From NCBI GenBank assembly GCA_963740315.1, contig CAVUDP010000002.1, forward strand, positions 576,001-640,000: a DNA stretch of 64,000 nucleotides, written 5' to 3'. This DNA comes from an uncultured cyanobacterium (GTDB lineage Bacteria; Cyanobacteriota; Cyanobacteriia; Cyanobacteriales; Nostocaceae). How positions within the stretch are numbered: position 1 is the first letter of the stretch; every line of letters begins with the position of its first letter. Positions 20,946 to 33,092 of the stretch are shown in pieces. Under the pieces are notes generated by a model. That model saw only the letters and a list, made by a program, of their open reading frames with translations, made no database searches and was not told the DNA's origin. The translations under genes and the position numbers were made by a program.

Positions 20946-22241
20946 ATGAGAAAAACCCTTGCTTTGTTTTCCTTGAGCCTGGGAATAGCCTTTGTTAACC
21001 CGGTGCGTTCGGTCGCTCAAGTAATAATTAGGACAGCGCCTCCGGTCCAAACCACTCCTGTAAGAGTAGCGCAGCCTATTGTCATACCCGCTCCGAACGT
21101 ACCGCAACCAGCAAAAGGGATGATTTCGGCGATTCCATTAAAACCAATTGGTTTGTCCAACGACTGCACGCCTAAATACGCTTGTTTGGGTTGGGATGAG
21201 CAACTTTTTTGGGGTGGAAAAGGCAAAGGTAAAGCTGGCGATCGCTCGGCATTAATTCAATCAATCGATCATAGTTTGGGTTATTTAGAAAAACCCAGCG
21301 TTGCCAAAATTTATCAAAATTATTCCGTCAAGGAAATTACGTTAGACCGCGTGCGGCGTAGTTTGTTACGTTTCCGCGAATTGGTGCGTACATCAAAATC
21401 CGCAGCAGAATTGCAAAACGCAGTTCGACGCGAGTTTACGTTTTACAAATCAACCGGCAACGACGGCAAGGGTACCGTTAAATTTACCGCATATTATGAG
21501 CCAGTTTACGCAGCAAGCCGCGTTCGCACCCAGGAATATAAATATCCTATTTATGGATTACCACCCAACTTTAAACAATGGCAAAAACCACATCCGACAA
21601 GGCTACAGCTTGAAGGGAAAGATGGTTTATTAGGTAAAAATAGTCGTTTAAATGGCTTGGAAATATTTTGGTTTAAAGACCGCTTTGATGCATACTTAAT
21701 TCATATTCAAGGCTCTGCCAAATTAAAGTTAACCGATGGCAGCGTAACAGGTGTCGGTTATGCTAACGCAACCGATTATCCTTGGACGAGCATTGGTAAA
21801 GCATTACTCAACGACGGCAAAATAACCCGCAAAGAAACCACAATGCCGGGTATTATTAACTTTTTCCGCCGAAATCCCCGCGCTATGGATGATTATCTCC
21901 CGATTTGGGAACGTTTTGTATTCTTTAGAGATAAAGGCAATACACCAGCTACTGGTAGCATCGGCGTGCCAGTAACTGCCGAACGTTCCATCGCTACAGA
22001 TAAATCTTTAATGCCTCCCGGAGCCTTAGCTATAATTAACGCTAGTTTCCCTTATGTCGGATACGGTGGAAGATTACAGTATCGCAAAGTTAGTAGATTT
22101 GTATTAGACCAAGATACAGGTAGCGCCATCAAGACACCCGGAAGAGTTGATTACTTCATGGGTACCGGAAAAGTCGCAGGCGATCGCGCTGGGGTAACGG
22201 GTGGTAACGGAAGTTTGTACTATTTACTGCTGAAGAGATAA
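20946..22241 (+). CDS. mltA: Murein lytic transglycosylase A (MltA + 3D domain)
   Basis: FTAYYEP, IHIQGS, RFVFF, RSIATD, DQDTGSAIK..GRVDYFMG. Confidence 0.9.
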   Translation: MRKTLALFSLSLGIAFVNPVRSVAQVIIRTAPPVQTTPVRVAQPIVIPAPNVPQPAKGMISAIPLKPIGLSNDCTPKYACLGWDEQLFWGGKGKGKAGDRSALIQSIDHSLGYLEKPSVAKIYQNYSVKEITLDRVRRSLLRFRELVRTSKSAAELQNAVRREFTFYKSTGNDGKGTVKFTAYYEPVYAASRVRTQEYKYPIYGLPPNFKQWQKPHPTRLQLEGKDGLLGKNSRLNGLEIFWFKDRFDAYLIHIQGSAKLKLTDGSVTGVGYANATDYPWTSIGKALLNDGKITRKETTMPGIINFFRRNPRAMDDYLPIWERFVFFRDKGNTPATGSIGVPVTAERSIATDKSLMPPGALAIINASFPYVGYGGRLQYRKVSRFVLDQDTGSAIKTPGRVDYFMGTGKVAGDRAGVTGGNGSLYYLLLKR

Positions 22242-22434
22242 GAATGGGTATAGGGCATTAGGCATAGATTACCTTTATCCGAACCCGAACAATATCAAAC
22301 CATATTTTAAAACTAGGAGTGAGGAGTTGTTTTTTATTTACGACTCTTTACTCCTTATTTTTGCGTGTAAATTGTGCAATACTTTTCGATAATTGGTTTA
22401 ATTTCTCACTAACTATAGAGTGGGAATCGCGAAG

Positions 22435-22589
22435 TAAGTACTTAGGCAAAATTAATTGTATATTGTCATTGCGTTACCCTGACGGGTCAGCAAGCTGAAC
22501 ACGCAGTGTTCCCAATACGGGAAAGGAACGAAGCAATCTCAAGGATTTGAAGCTTTTAGAATGTCAAATTAATTTTGCACGACTACTTA
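22435..22589. mobile_element. MITE-like element, same family as 10574-10703, with a different internal sequence
   Basis: TAAGTACTTAGGCAAAATTAATTGTATA... and ...AATTAATTTTGCACGACTACTTA termini. Confidence 0.65.
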
Positions 22590-22811
22590 TCGGCAGCATT
22601 TATTTTTTATTTGAAATGACTATAAAATTTCTGGTTAATCAATTTATACAACTGTATATAGGAAAACAATTAGATTTTTTTAAATTACTAAACTTTCTAT
22701 TCCCTATTCCCTACTCCCTACTCCCTACTCCCTTTCCCCATAGAACAAAATTTCTAAAAATAACGACAAACTAAAAAGCCTTTGTAAATAAATCTCACCG
22801 ATCTTGTAACA

Positions 22812-23852
22812 ATGAAATTTAGCCTCATAGTAGAAAAACTGGGTGAAGCAGCCACTAATTCGAGTCTAGCTAACCAACCAAACCTCGATCCAGAAATTAC
22901 AGCATTAGCGGCGATCGACGAAGCAACAACTGGCACCATTAGCTATATAGAAGGAGCAAAATTTGCGGCGACGCTAGATACAACAACTGCCGATGCTTTG
23001 ATTTTACCTGCCGACGAATTATTACAGTCAAAAGCACAAGAAAAAGGAATCGCTTGGATCGCCACAAAAGAGCCGCGACTTTTATTTGCTAAAACAATCA
23101 AGATATTTTATCAACCTTGGCAGCCCGCTCCAGAAATTCATCCCAGCGCTGTAATTCATGAAAGTGCAAAAATTGGTACAGATGTTTATATTGGTGCCCA
23201 TGTTGTAATTCAACAAAACGTAGAAATTGCCAACAACGTTTGCATCCATCCCAACGTCGTAATTTATCCAGATGTAAAAATTGCCGATCGCACTGTTTTA
23301 CACGCTAACTGTACCATTCACGAACGTTCTGTGGTTGGTGCGGATTGCGTCATCCATAGCGGTACGGTTATCGGTGCTGAAGGCTTCGGTTTTGTTCCCA
23401 CAAAAGAAGGCTGGTTCAAAATGGAGCAATCCGGCTATACAGTTTTAGAAGATGGAGTAGAAATCGGCTCAAACAGTGCAGTCGATCGTCCCGCAGTCGG
23501 AGAAACACGCATCGGGCGCAATACAGTTATTGATAATTTGGTACAAATAGGACACGGTACAAAAGTCGGTTTTGGTTGTGCGATCGCCGGACAATCAGCC
23601 ACCGCAGGAGGAGTTAAAATTGGTAATCGCGTTATTCTAGCAGGACAATCAGGAGTTGCAAATCAAGTCAAAATCGGCGATGGTGCGATCGTATCCGCCA
23701 AAGCCGGAGTTCATAGCAGCGTCGCACCAGGGGAAATTGTTTCCGGCAATCCAGCCATACCTTACAAAATATATTTAAAATCATCTGCAATCATTCAAAA
23801 ATTACCGGAAATCTATCAATACATCAAACAATTGCAGCGAAAATTGAAATAG
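22812..23852 (+). CDS. lpxD: UDP-3-O-(3-hydroxymyristoyl)glucosamine N-acyltransferase
   Basis: Hexapeptide repeats, IGAEGFGF, IDNLVQIGH. Confidence 0.95.
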   Translation: MKFSLIVEKLGEAATNSSLANQPNLDPEITALAAIDEATTGTISYIEGAKFAATLDTTTADALILPADELLQSKAQEKGIAWIATKEPRLLFAKTIKIFYQPWQPAPEIHPSAVIHESAKIGTDVYIGAHVVIQQNVEIANNVCIHPNVVIYPDVKIADRTVLHANCTIHERSVVGADCVIHSGTVIGAEGFGFVPTKEGWFKMEQSGYTVLEDGVEIGSNSAVDRPAVGETRIGRNTVIDNLVQIGHGTKVGFGCAIAGQSATAGGVKIGNRVILAGQSGVANQVKIGDGAIVSAKAGVHSSVAPGEIVSGNPAIPYKIYLKSSAIIQKLPEIYQYIKQLQRKLK

Positions 23853-24286
23853 CTATTCAATATCCCATCAGAAAATACACAAAGATTGTAGGGTGTGTGA
23901 CCAGCCTACTGACTTTGATAGAATTTTGATGATTTTTGTTCATGCAAAGTAATCTTTATCTAAAAAGGCTTTCAGGAGTTGGGATAATCTCTTAACGTAC
24001 AAATTTCCCGTTTTGGGTGCGACACGAATTTCACGGTATTTATACTTAAAAGTCGCTTCAAAGTAATAACTTTATTACATCGCCTTCTGCGATCGCTTGG
24101 AGGTCGATTACTATAAAAACTTCATTTTTACATACAAATACTTAGATATTTGATAAAAACGTAAATATTTTATTGAAATTACACTTTTTGTAAGGTATAG
24201 TTTTTTACAGAGTATGATTATTTAATTTCGTAACTAACTGAATTTTACTCGTTGCATTAATAAAAGTTAACAATTAAGGCTTGATA

Positions 24287-25174
24287 ATGAAACTCAATAA
24301 GTTTAGTACAATCATCCTAGCACTGGCTGCTATAACGACCTTCGATCTAGTCAAGAACATCAAACCAGCGGCTGCTTTTGGTCTGGTTGGTCTAAGTGAT
24401 ACTAACGATTTAGTTCTCTTCGACTCCGACAATCCCGCTAGTACTACCAATGTCTCAGTTACTGGGGTCGATGGTAACTTGTTGGGTATTGACCGTCGTC
24501 CAGCTAACAATAAAATCTATGGTTTTACTGCCGACAAAATATACACCGTTAACCCGTTTACTGGCGCTGCTTCTTTTGTAAGTAACCTCTCTATTCCCTT
24601 CACTGGAAACTTTATTTCCGGAATGGACTTTAATCCAGTAGTCGATCGCCTACGGGTTGTCGGTGGGAATGACCAAAACTTCCGCATCAATGTAGATACT
24701 GGTGCAGTCATTGTTGATGGGGCATTAAACCCAGGAGATCCTAACGTCACTGCTGTAGCCTACCTCAATGCAGATAATAACCCGAACACTGGAACCGTAC
24801 TGTACGACATTGACTACATTAGTGACACATTATCTATACAGATGCCTCCTAATGATGGGACTTTAGTACCAATAGGTTCTCTCGGTATCGACATCGACTC
24901 AAGAGGAGGGTTCGACATCTTCACGCAGAATGGGGTAAATAATCCGATCGCGGCTTTGACTCCAACCTCAGCATCTGGCTCCAATTTATATAACATCAAC
25001 TTGAGTACGGGTGCTGCTACGTTTGTAGGTAACATTGGCGGTGGTAAAAAGCTCGTAGGTTTAACAGCTCGTGTTCCCGAACCTAGTACTGCCCTTGCTT
25101 TGTTCGGTGCTGGTGCTGTTGGTTTATTGCATCGCTTCCGTCGTCACCGTGCTAATCTAAAGTCGATCGATTAG
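24287..25174 (+). CDS. Secreted DUF4394-like protein with PEP-CTERM sorting signal
   Basis: Signal peptide, LLGIDRRPA, GMDFNPVVDRLRVV, C-terminal VPEPSTALALFGAGAVGLLHRFRRH. Confidence 0.85.
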   Translation: MKLNKFSTIILALAAITTFDLVKNIKPAAAFGLVGLSDTNDLVLFDSDNPASTTNVSVTGVDGNLLGIDRRPANNKIYGFTADKIYTVNPFTGAASFVSNLSIPFTGNFISGMDFNPVVDRLRVVGGNDQNFRINVDTGAVIVDGALNPGDPNVTAVAYLNADNNPNTGTVLYDIDYISDTLSIQMPPNDGTLVPIGSLGIDIDSRGGFDIFTQNGVNNPIAALTPTSASGSNLYNINLSTGAATFVGNIGGGKKLVGLTARVPEPSTALALFGAGAVGLLHRFRRHRANLKSID

Positions 25175-25437
25175 TCAAAAAAAGCCGTAAGCACAAATAA
25201 TATTCGCCTCGAATAAAATACTGAGTATCTACCGGATATACACCATACTGACTCATGCCCCTCCTCACCGAGGGGTTTCTCATTTTAAATCAACCAGGTT
25301 TTAGCACAGTCTCGCCAAGGCGATGAGCGATCGCTCCCGCGAGAGATAGGCTTTGCTCCAGAGTAGGCGATCGCATAAACCCTCCTCACATACGTCTGAG
25401 CAAAGGTATGATATTAGTAATTAATAATTTCTACGGT

Positions 25438-26337
25438 TTATGAATATCGAATTTGTAGAATCAAACGATTGCCATTTCGAGGTAACTTTAATTTGTGAAT
25501 ACAAGAAGGATCTTGGAAAAAGCCAAATCCAGCATTACCTACAATTGTAAGTTGCGAAGAACGGTTATAGTAACGCCAAACATCTACTTCTTTTTGGATA
25601 TTTGAACGAACAAGCATTTGCCAAGGTTTACGATTGTGCGATTTTTCGATCATGATGTGAGGCCCAGTATTTTCGTTCACATCGGTAATAAAGAAACTAA
25701 CGGTTACGAAATTGAATCCAGCAACATCGTAATGAAAATTGGTCGGTGGATACAGTTTCTGAGTTTCACTTTCTTCTAAATCGGAAGCAAAACTCCAAGT
25801 TAGGTGACGGGTAATTAAAGTTGGGTAATAACCGAGATATTTTCGAGCAATTTCAATTAACGTGGCATCGCGGACAATTTTATCCACACTGGGACATTTA
25901 TCGATATTGCTAACTAGCCCGCGCATTACCTGTCTATCTGTACCATTTAAGCGTCCGAAGAAGATATCCGAAACTTTGAAAGAGTCATTCTGTTTGGGTT
26001 CGGTGCAGATATTTAAATCAGCGAAAGAGCGAATTTTTTGTACATCTTCAGGATTCAATTGCAATCCTAGATGTACTCCTGTTTCCCGAACATTATCTAC
26101 ACATTTATTAACTTCAACGGGGGAAACGACTGAAATGCTGCTGATGTTTAATCGCTCTTGATAGAACTCAGAATTAAAACGCTGTAACTGACTTTGGAAA
26201 ATGCTGTATCCACGGCGAACTATCTTAAATCTTCCTAGAGATTGCCAGCGCTTGCTGCTACTAATTCTTTTAGCAAAATCATTACTTTGATGAAGTTTAT
26301 TTTTTTGCTGTGTTAACTGAATTAAGGTACCAGTCAT
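25438..26337 (-). CDS. PhyH-like Fe(II)/2-oxoglutarate dioxygenase family protein
   Basis: FHYD (HxD), TDVNENTGPH..I..SH, distal His (CIHK) and Arg (NRLIL). Confidence 0.65.
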   Translation of the reverse strand: MTGTLIQLTQQKNKLHQSNDFAKRISSSKRWQSLGRFKIVRRGYSIFQSQLQRFNSEFYQERLNISSISVVSPVEVNKCVDNVRETGVHLGLQLNPEDVQKIRSFADLNICTEPKQNDSFKVSDIFFGRLNGTDRQVMRGLVSNIDKCPSVDKIVRDATLIEIARKYLGYYPTLITRHLTWSFASDLEESETQKLYPPTNFHYDVAGFNFVTVSFFITDVNENTGPHIMIEKSHNRKPWQMLVRSNIQKEVDVWRYYNRSSQLTIVGNAGFGFFQDPSCIHKLKLPRNGNRLILQIRYS

Positions 26338-26852
26338 AAATTATTTTTCTCAAAAAAGTAAGTTTTTAACAGCATGATTTATGCGGTTATTCAGACAGCA
26401 TCACGAGCAAATGTTAGTAGAAAACCGCAATCATTAATGTTGTCTGAGTAATTTCTACAGTGCCATATTTATTATAAATTAGACAATTGTTGAATATGCT
26501 TATTTTTTTTGTGAAAATTCATTAAAACTGCATACAGTTTCTTGTTATTCTTATATATTTATGGAATCAATGAAGTTGTATTCGCAATAGTTTAATTAAA
26601 AAAAGTCAAGAAAAGTATTATTGCTTTCCGGATTAATAATAATTTGAAAATCGGGAAAATAGATATAAATGTTAACGTTTATATTAACAAATAATTTGAT
26701 GAATAATTAGTAAGTATAATTCTGTAGAGAAAATATTTTTTGTAATAATTTGAACAATTAAGCAACTCGATTCAAAAAACGGGTTCCCTAATTTTCAGCA
26801 GATAATTTTTTATAATCAAAAGCATCCTAATTTTTTAATAAACGTTTTACCT

Positions 26853-27128
26853 ATGGAAGTTATCGTTATTCCAGCAATAATTTTATTTGTAACTCCACTA
26901 CTACTATTAAGATGGTCGTGGAAAGCACTTTTAGCATATGTTTTAATAATTGGATGTCCTCTCACTTGGCTTTGGATTGACCATTTTTATGTGACATCGC
27001 AGCCAGATTATGTTGATTCAGCACCGGGAGCAGGTGTTGGTTTGGTATTTGCTCAATTTTATACATTCCTTTTCGTATTGGGAATTGTTCTAAGTATTTT
27101 GTTAGTAGGCTTATATAAAAGAAATTAA
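26853..27128 (+). CDS. Small hypothetical membrane protein
   Basis: 91 aa, ~3 hydrophobic segments. Confidence 0.55.
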   Translation: MEVIVIPAIILFVTPLLLLRWSWKALLAYVLIIGCPLTWLWIDHFYVTSQPDYVDSAPGAGVGLVFAQFYTFLFVLGIVLSILLVGLYKRN

Positions 27129-27188
27129 ATTGCGTAGATAATAATTTAATTACGAAAAGAGACGCGATATATCGCGTCTCTACAATTA

Positions 27189-28079
27189 TTAGAATCCTAG
27201 TTTTTCCAAAACTGGCTTGGTGGAAACAATATGTCTTTGTAAACCAAGTTCTTCTGGACTAACCCCCAAGGCTAAGGCGATTAATTGCGGTAAATGCAAT
27301 ACTGGTAAACCTAATTTACGTCCGATAACTTTTTCTACCTCTGGCTGACGGGAATCCAAATTGAGGTGACATAAAGGACAAGGTGTAACCATGCAATCCG
27401 CACCAGCTTCTATGGCTTCTGAGATATGTTTACCCGCCATTTGAAAAGATTGGGTAGTCGCATAGCTCGAAAGGGGCCATCCGCAACATTTAGTCCGACC
27501 TTGATAATGAATAGGCGTTGCACCCACCGTGCGGAACATATTTTCCATCGCTTCTGGGTTAAAAGGATCGTCGGAGGGCATATTTTGAGCGCGTAGTAAA
27601 TAGCAGCCATAAAAAGCCGCGCATTTAAGATTGGTTAATTTTTTTGTAACCCGTTTTTTTATTTCTTCTAAACCATAATCATTCACCAAAGCATAAAGAA
27701 GATGCAAGACTTGGGTACTTCCGCGATAAGGCGAACAGCTTTCTTTTTGTAACAAACTATTAACTTTATTTAAGTAATCGGGATTATTTTGCCCGCACGC
27801 TTTGAGACGTTCATCTACATGACCGATAACACCTTGACAAGTGCTGCAATGAGTTAGTAAAGGCAGATTTAATTCTTCTGCTAAAGCAATATTTCTGGCA
27901 TTGACTGTATCTTCTAATAGTTGGGAATCTTCCTTAAAAGTGCCCGAACCACAACAAGCTGCTTTTTTGAGTTCAATCAGTTGAATATCCAGAGCTTTGG
28001 AAAGAGCTACGGTAGAAGAATGCAGTTCTCGGCAAGCCCCTTGAGCAACACAACCTGGAAAATAAGCGTATTTAAGCAT
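27189..28079 (-). CDS. hdrB: Heterodisulfide reductase subunit B-like (CCG domain) Fe-S protein
   Basis: YFPGC, ACCG, CSTC, FYGC, KCCG, CPLCHLNLD. Confidence 0.88.
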   Translation of the reverse strand: MLKYAYFPGCVAQGACRELHSSTVALSKALDIQLIELKKAACCGSGTFKEDSQLLEDTVNARNIALAEELNLPLLTHCSTCQGVIGHVDERLKACGQNNPDYLNKVNSLLQKESCSPYRGSTQVLHLLYALVNDYGLEEIKKRVTKKLTNLKCAAFYGCYLLRAQNMPSDDPFNPEAMENMFRTVGATPIHYQGRTKCCGWPLSSYATTQSFQMAGKHISEAIEAGADCMVTPCPLCHLNLDSRQPEVEKVIGRKLGLPVLHLPQLIALALGVSPEELGLQRHIVSTKPVLEKLGF

Positions 28080-28409
28080 TTGGAATAGAATACAATAGCG
28101 ATTAATTGGGGATGCGGATTGAGCTAGTCTGCTTTTAGGATTTCCCCTTCCCGTAGCTATTGGCGCTCGGAGGAGATATCCTTCCCTAAAACTGTTTTAT
28201 CATTGTTGCTGTTGCCAATCGGCGGCTTTGAGTGTGGATATCAACACTAACTATTAGTAACATTCAAAGAAAAAAACTTAGTAATAATTACAAAACAGAA
28301 ACATATACATCGTGTATGCGAACGCGCTTTCAGATAAGATGTATATGCTCAAAATGGCGACAGAGCGCCAAGAGCAAAAATAAGCAACACCGAAGAGGTA
28401 TTTGAATCT

Positions 28410-28661
28410 ATGAGTCAAGCGTCCATTTTTGAAAAAGTCAAGAAAATTGTTGCCGAACAATTAGGTGTCGAGGATGAAAAAATCACCCCAAATGCAAATT
28501 TCGCCAATGACTTAGGGGCTGATTCCTTGGATACGGTAGAACTCGTAATGGCTTTGGAAGAAGAATTTGATATTGAAATTCCTGACGAAGCCGCCGAAAA
28601 AATTACTACAGTTCAAGAGGCAGTTGACTACATTAACAATAAAGTCGCCGCATCCGCCTAG
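28410..28661 (+). CDS. acpP: Acyl carrier protein
   Basis: [27 protein letters not shown]. Confidence 0.98.
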   Translation: MSQASIFEKVKKIVAEQLGVEDEKITPNANFANDLGADSLDTVELVMALEEEFDIEIPDEAAEKITTVQEAVDYINNKVAASA

Positions 28662-28852
28662 CATAGGGAATAGATAATTGGGGATTGGGGACGAGGAGCA
28701 GTTAAAAGTTAGTCGCGATCGAGATCGGCAAACTATTATCAAATTTTGTCTCGCTAACTATTACAATTTTCTTATCCCTAGTTCCTAATTTCCAATTTAT
28801 ATCCTATGTGTTGAGCTGCTGCTTGTGCCGTCGAGCCACCATAAATATCATC

Positions 28853-30103
28853 ATGACAGAATTTACAGTAAAGCGCGTTGTTGTAACTGGTGTTGGCGCG
28901 ATTACACCGATTGGTAAAACGCCAGAAGAATATTGGTCTGGATTAGCAAGTGGTCGTAATGGTATTGGTGAAATTACTTTATTTGATGCCTCACGCCATG
29001 ATTGCCGCATCGCTGGTGAAGTAAAAGATTTCGATCCTCACGATTACATGGATCGTAAAGAAGCTAAGCGGATGGATAGATTTGCTCAATTTGGGGTTTC
29101 GGCGGCAAAACAAGCTGTTAGGAACGCGAATCTAACTATCAATGATTTGAATGCAGAACAAGTCGGTGTCATACTTGGCTCTGGCGTAGGTGGCATCAAA
29201 GTGATGGAGGATCAGCAGACTATTTACCTCAACCGGGGTCCCGATCGCTGTAGTCCCTTCATGATACCAATGATGATTGCCAATATGGCTGCTGGGCTAA
29301 CAGCAATTCATACCGGAGCTAAAGGACCCAATTCCTGTCCGGTAACTGCCTGTGCATCGGGTTCTAATGCGATCGGCGATGCTTTCCGCATTATTCAAAA
29401 TGGATACGCTCAAGCAATGATTTGTGGCGGATGTGAAGCGGCGATTACACCTTTATCTATTGCTGGATTTTCTGCTGCAAGAACGCTTTCTAACCGTAAT
29501 GATGACCCCAAAAAAGCCAGTCGTCCGTTTGACAAAGATCGCGATGGGTTTGTCATGGGTGAAGGTGCCGGTGTTTTGATTTTGGAAGAACTCGAACACG
29601 CTTTAAGTCGCGGTGCCACAATTTACGCTGAAATGATTGGCTATGGCATGACTTGCGATGCTTATCATATGACTTCACCAGTGCCCGGTGGAAAAGGAGC
29701 CGCAAGAGCCATGCAGTTAGCGCTCAAAGACGGCGGAATCACCCCGGAGATGGTTACTTATATCAACGCTCACGGTACCAGCACGTCCGTAAACGACCCC
29801 ACCGAAACTGCTGCGATCAAAGAAGCTTTGGGAAAACACGCTTATAAAATAGCGATTAGTTCTACCAAATCCATGACTGGTCATCTGTTGGGTGGCTCTG
29901 GAGGTATCGAAGGCGTAGCGAGTGTGTTGGCGATCGCCAATAATCGAGTTCCACCGACAATCAATTTGGATAATCCAGATCCAGAATGCGATTTGGATTA
30001 TGTTGCCCATGAAAGTCGCGCTCTAGATATTCAGGTAGCGTTGTCCAATTCCTTTGGTTTTGGCGGTCATAATGTGACGCTAGCCTTTAAGAAGTACGTT
30101 TAA
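28853..30103 (+). CDS. fabF: 3-oxoacyl-ACP synthase II
   Basis: RVVVTG, TACASG, YINAHGTST, TGHLLG, SNSFGFGGHN; start taken at ATG 28853. Confidence 0.97.
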   Translation: MTEFTVKRVVVTGVGAITPIGKTPEEYWSGLASGRNGIGEITLFDASRHDCRIAGEVKDFDPHDYMDRKEAKRMDRFAQFGVSAAKQAVRNANLTINDLNAEQVGVILGSGVGGIKVMEDQQTIYLNRGPDRCSPFMIPMMIANMAAGLTAIHTGAKGPNSCPVTACASGSNAIGDAFRIIQNGYAQAMICGGCEAAITPLSIAGFSAARTLSNRNDDPKKASRPFDKDRDGFVMGEGAGVLILEELEHALSRGATIYAEMIGYGMTCDAYHMTSPVPGGKGAARAMQLALKDGGITPEMVTYINAHGTSTSVNDPTETAAIKEALGKHAYKIAISSTKSMTGHLLGGSGGIEGVASVLAIANNRVPPTINLDNPDPECDLDYVAHESRALDIQVALSNSFGFGGHNVTLAFKKYV

Positions 30104-30429
30104 TGAAAGAAAAATGGAGCATGAAGTCCCAAGTAAAAATTGATGCTTCATCCTCGATCTTTAATACTTGCTTGTGACGGTTTGTGCAGGGTGCAGATGC
30201 ACCTTGCCCGACAAATTAATTTAAATAAAAACGGAATAACGAAGGCAATCCTCTATACAATTAATCCCAAGTCCCTTCATAAAAATTATTTTGCTGTACG
30301 TCTTGTCCGTCAACAGGCAGCAATGGGATGATGAGAATATAGCTATGCTGGTAAAATTTCAAAATAACCCGAAGCAAGCTACATAGAAGCTCTTAACAGA
30401 ACGCTAAAGTCGTTAAAAACAATCGTATT

Positions 30430-32445
30430 ATGACTGTTGCAACCCAAACCCAAACCCTCGAACAACTTTGCATCAACTCAATCCGCTTTTTAGCAGTTGA
30501 TGCCGTCGAAAAAGCAAAATCCGGACACCCCGGACTTCCTATGGGCGCTGCGCCAATGGCGTTCGTGCTGTGGGATAAGTTTATGCGGTTTAACCCCAAA
30601 AATCCCAAATGGTTTAATCGCGATCGCTTCGTTTTGTCTGCCGGACATGGTTCTATGTTGCAGTATGCTCTGCTTTATTTAGCAGGCTACGATAGCGTCA
30701 GCATAGAAGATATCAAGAACTTCCGTCAGTGGGAATCTAGCACTCCCGGACACCCCGAAAACTTCATGACATTAGGGGTAGAAATTACTACCGGACCTTT
30801 GGGTCAGGGAATTGGTAATGCAGTAGGTATCGCAATGGCAGAAGCACACCTGGCTGCAATGTACAACAAACCCGATGCTAAAGTTGTTGACCACTATACC
30901 TACTGTATTGTGGGTGACGGTTGCAACATGGAAGGCGTTGCTAGTGAAGCTTGCTCTTTTGCCGGACACCAAGGTTTAGGTAAATTAATCACTTTTTACG
31001 ACGACAACCATATTTCCATTGATGGTTCTACTGACATCGCATTTACCGAAGATGTTTCCAAACGCTTTGAAGCTTACGGTTGGCACGTTTTACACGTCAA
31101 AGATGGTAATAACGATTTAGACGCGATCGCTAAAGCCATCGAAGAAGCTAAATCTGTCACCGATAAGCCCACCATGATTAAGGTGACAACCACCATCGGT
31201 TATGGTGCGCCCAACAAGCAAGATACAGCAGGTATTCACGGTGCTGCTCTTGGTGCTGATGAAGTTAAACTCACCCGCGAAAACTTAGATTGGAAATACG
31301 AACCCTTTGAATTGCCAGAAGATGCTGTAAACCATATGCGTAAAGCTGTGGAACGCGGTGCGGGCTATGAAGAAGAGTGGAACAAGACTTTTGCTACCTA
31401 CAAATCTAAATATCCTAAAGAAGCGGCAGAATTTGACCGTTATTTAACTGGTAAGCTTCCCGATGGTTGGGACAAAGTATTACCTACATTCACCCCCGAA
31501 GATAAAGGTTTAGCAACTCGTAAATATTCCGAAGCTTGCTTGAACAAATTAGCATCGGTTTTACCTGAATTAATCGGTGGATCGGCTGACTTAACCCATT
31601 CCAACCTGACTGAAATTAAGGATTCGGGTGACTTCGAGAAAGGTAATTACAAAAACCGTAACGTCCACTTCGGCGTGCGCGAACACGGTATGGGCGCAAT
31701 TTGTAACGGTATGGCGCTGCACGATTCGGGCTTAATTCCTTATGGTGCAACCTTCTTAATCTTTACCGACTATATGCGTGCTGCGATCCGTTTATCGGCA
31801 CTGTCTCATACTGGAACCCTCTGGGTAATGACTCACGACTCCATCGGACAAGGTGAAGATGGCCCTACCCACCAACCGATTGAAACCTTAGCTTCATTGA
31901 GAGCTATTCCTAACTTAAACGTAATGCGTCCCGCAGATGGAAATGAAGTTTCTGGATGTTATAAGTTCGCTATTGAAAGAGCCAAGAGAAAAGACCCTAC
32001 CTTATTAGCATTCACCCGTCAAGGTGTACCCAACTTAAAAGGTAGTTCTATCGAAAAAGTAGCTAAAGGCGCTTATATTTTGGTAGATTGCGACGGAACA
32101 CCAGATTTAATTTTGATGGGTACTGGTTCCGAAGTACAGCTTTGTGTAGGTGCTGCCGAAAAACTTTCCGCAGAAGGTAAGAAAGTCCGCGTAGTTTCCA
32201 TGCCTTGTTGGGAAATATTTGAAGCTCAAGATGATTCTTACAAAGAATCCGTGTTTCCAAAAGCTGTTAGAAAGCGCGTATCCGTAGAAGCTGCTGCAAG
32301 CTTTGGCTGGCACAAATACGTTGGTATGGAAGGCGCGATGGTAAGCATCGATCGATTTGGTGCTTCCGCTCCTGGTGCTGTTTGTTTGGAGAAATTCGGC
32401 TTCACCGTTGATAATGTAGTCGCAACTGCGAAGAAACTAGGTTAA
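30430..32445 (+). CDS. tkt: Transketolase
   Basis: [45 protein letters not shown]. Confidence 0.98.
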   Translation: MTVATQTQTLEQLCINSIRFLAVDAVEKAKSGHPGLPMGAAPMAFVLWDKFMRFNPKNPKWFNRDRFVLSAGHGSMLQYALLYLAGYDSVSIEDIKNFRQWESSTPGHPENFMTLGVEITTGPLGQGIGNAVGIAMAEAHLAAMYNKPDAKVVDHYTYCIVGDGCNMEGVASEACSFAGHQGLGKLITFYDDNHISIDGSTDIAFTEDVSKRFEAYGWHVLHVKDGNNDLDAIAKAIEEAKSVTDKPTMIKVTTTIGYGAPNKQDTAGIHGAALGADEVKLTRENLDWKYEPFELPEDAVNHMRKAVERGAGYEEEWNKTFATYKSKYPKEAAEFDRYLTGKLPDGWDKVLPTFTPEDKGLATRKYSEACLNKLASVLPELIGGSADLTHSNLTEIKDSGDFEKGNYKNRNVHFGVREHGMGAICNGMALHDSGLIPYGATFLIFTDYMRAAIRLSALSHTGTLWVMTHDSIGQGEDGPTHQPIETLASLRAIPNLNVMRPADGNEVSGCYKFAIERAKRKDPTLLAFTRQGVPNLKGSSIEKVAKGAYILVDCDGTPDLILMGTGSEVQLCVGAAEKLSAEGKKVRVVSMPCWEIFEAQDDSYKESVFPKAVRKRVSVEAAASFGWHKYVGMEGAMVSIDRFGASAPGAVCLEKFGFTVDNVVATAKKLG

Positions 32446-32480
32446 TTAGTAGTAGTTGAATAATTGAATAATTGTTCTTG

Positions 32481-32509
32481 AGGTGGGTGTAATAGCCCGC
32501 CTTTTTTTT
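32481..32509 (+). terminator. Rho-independent terminator after tkt
   Basis: AGGTGGG...CCCGCCT hairpin followed by a T-run. Confidence 0.8.
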
Positions 32510-32793
32510 GTTTACTCATAAATAATACCCTCAGACTAGAAGTCTGGGGAACCACAATTACAAAGCCCACCTGCGTGGGCTAAAAAATCTAATTTTTTTT
32601 ATAATTAATGTAGAGACGTAGCATTGCTACGTCTCCCTGTATTTCAATTTGTATAGAGAATTTAGTAAAATATTACAACCTCTAGAAACAAAAAAGCCCC
32701 AGCTAAAAACCAAGCAGTACAGCCAAAATTTTCAATCAAATTGCGTTAAATTAGATAAAGAAGTATTCTACAAATAAAAAATAGGAGTTGATT

Positions 32794-33087
32794 ATGCAAG
32801 AAGTTAAAAGCCAAAACCCCGAACTTGAAAATAGAATCAAACCAATAGTAGAAAAACTAATTAAAGCAAATAGCCTCTATCAAGTAAAATTGAAAAAGCA
32901 TGAAATGGTAAAAAAGTTAGTAGATTTATTTGCAAGCTTTTCTGAAGAAGAATTTAGAGCTATTAAAGAGAATGAGCTAATAAAAAGGATTGACAGTATT
33001 CTTGTTGTAGAAGCAGTTTCAGGCACATTAAATGACTTAACACCAGAACAAATTGCAATTTATGATGAAGCAGTAGAAGGAAGATAG
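32794..33087 (+). CDS. Putative antitoxin (hypothetical protein upstream of a PIN toxin)
   Basis: RBS AGGAG, ~97 aa with acidic C-terminus, stop 5 bp before the PIN gene. Confidence 0.6.
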   Translation: MQEVKSQNPELENRIKPIVEKLIKANSLYQVKLKKHEMVKKLVDLFASFSEEEFRAIKENELIKRIDSILVVEAVSGTLNDLTPEQIAIYDEAVEGR

Positions 33088-33092
33088 ATAGT

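Noticed and set aside
25376..25395. Yfr1-like sRNA motif (CCTCCTCACA)
   Set aside because: Does not match the ACTCCTCACAC core exactly and lacks the flanking terminator structure
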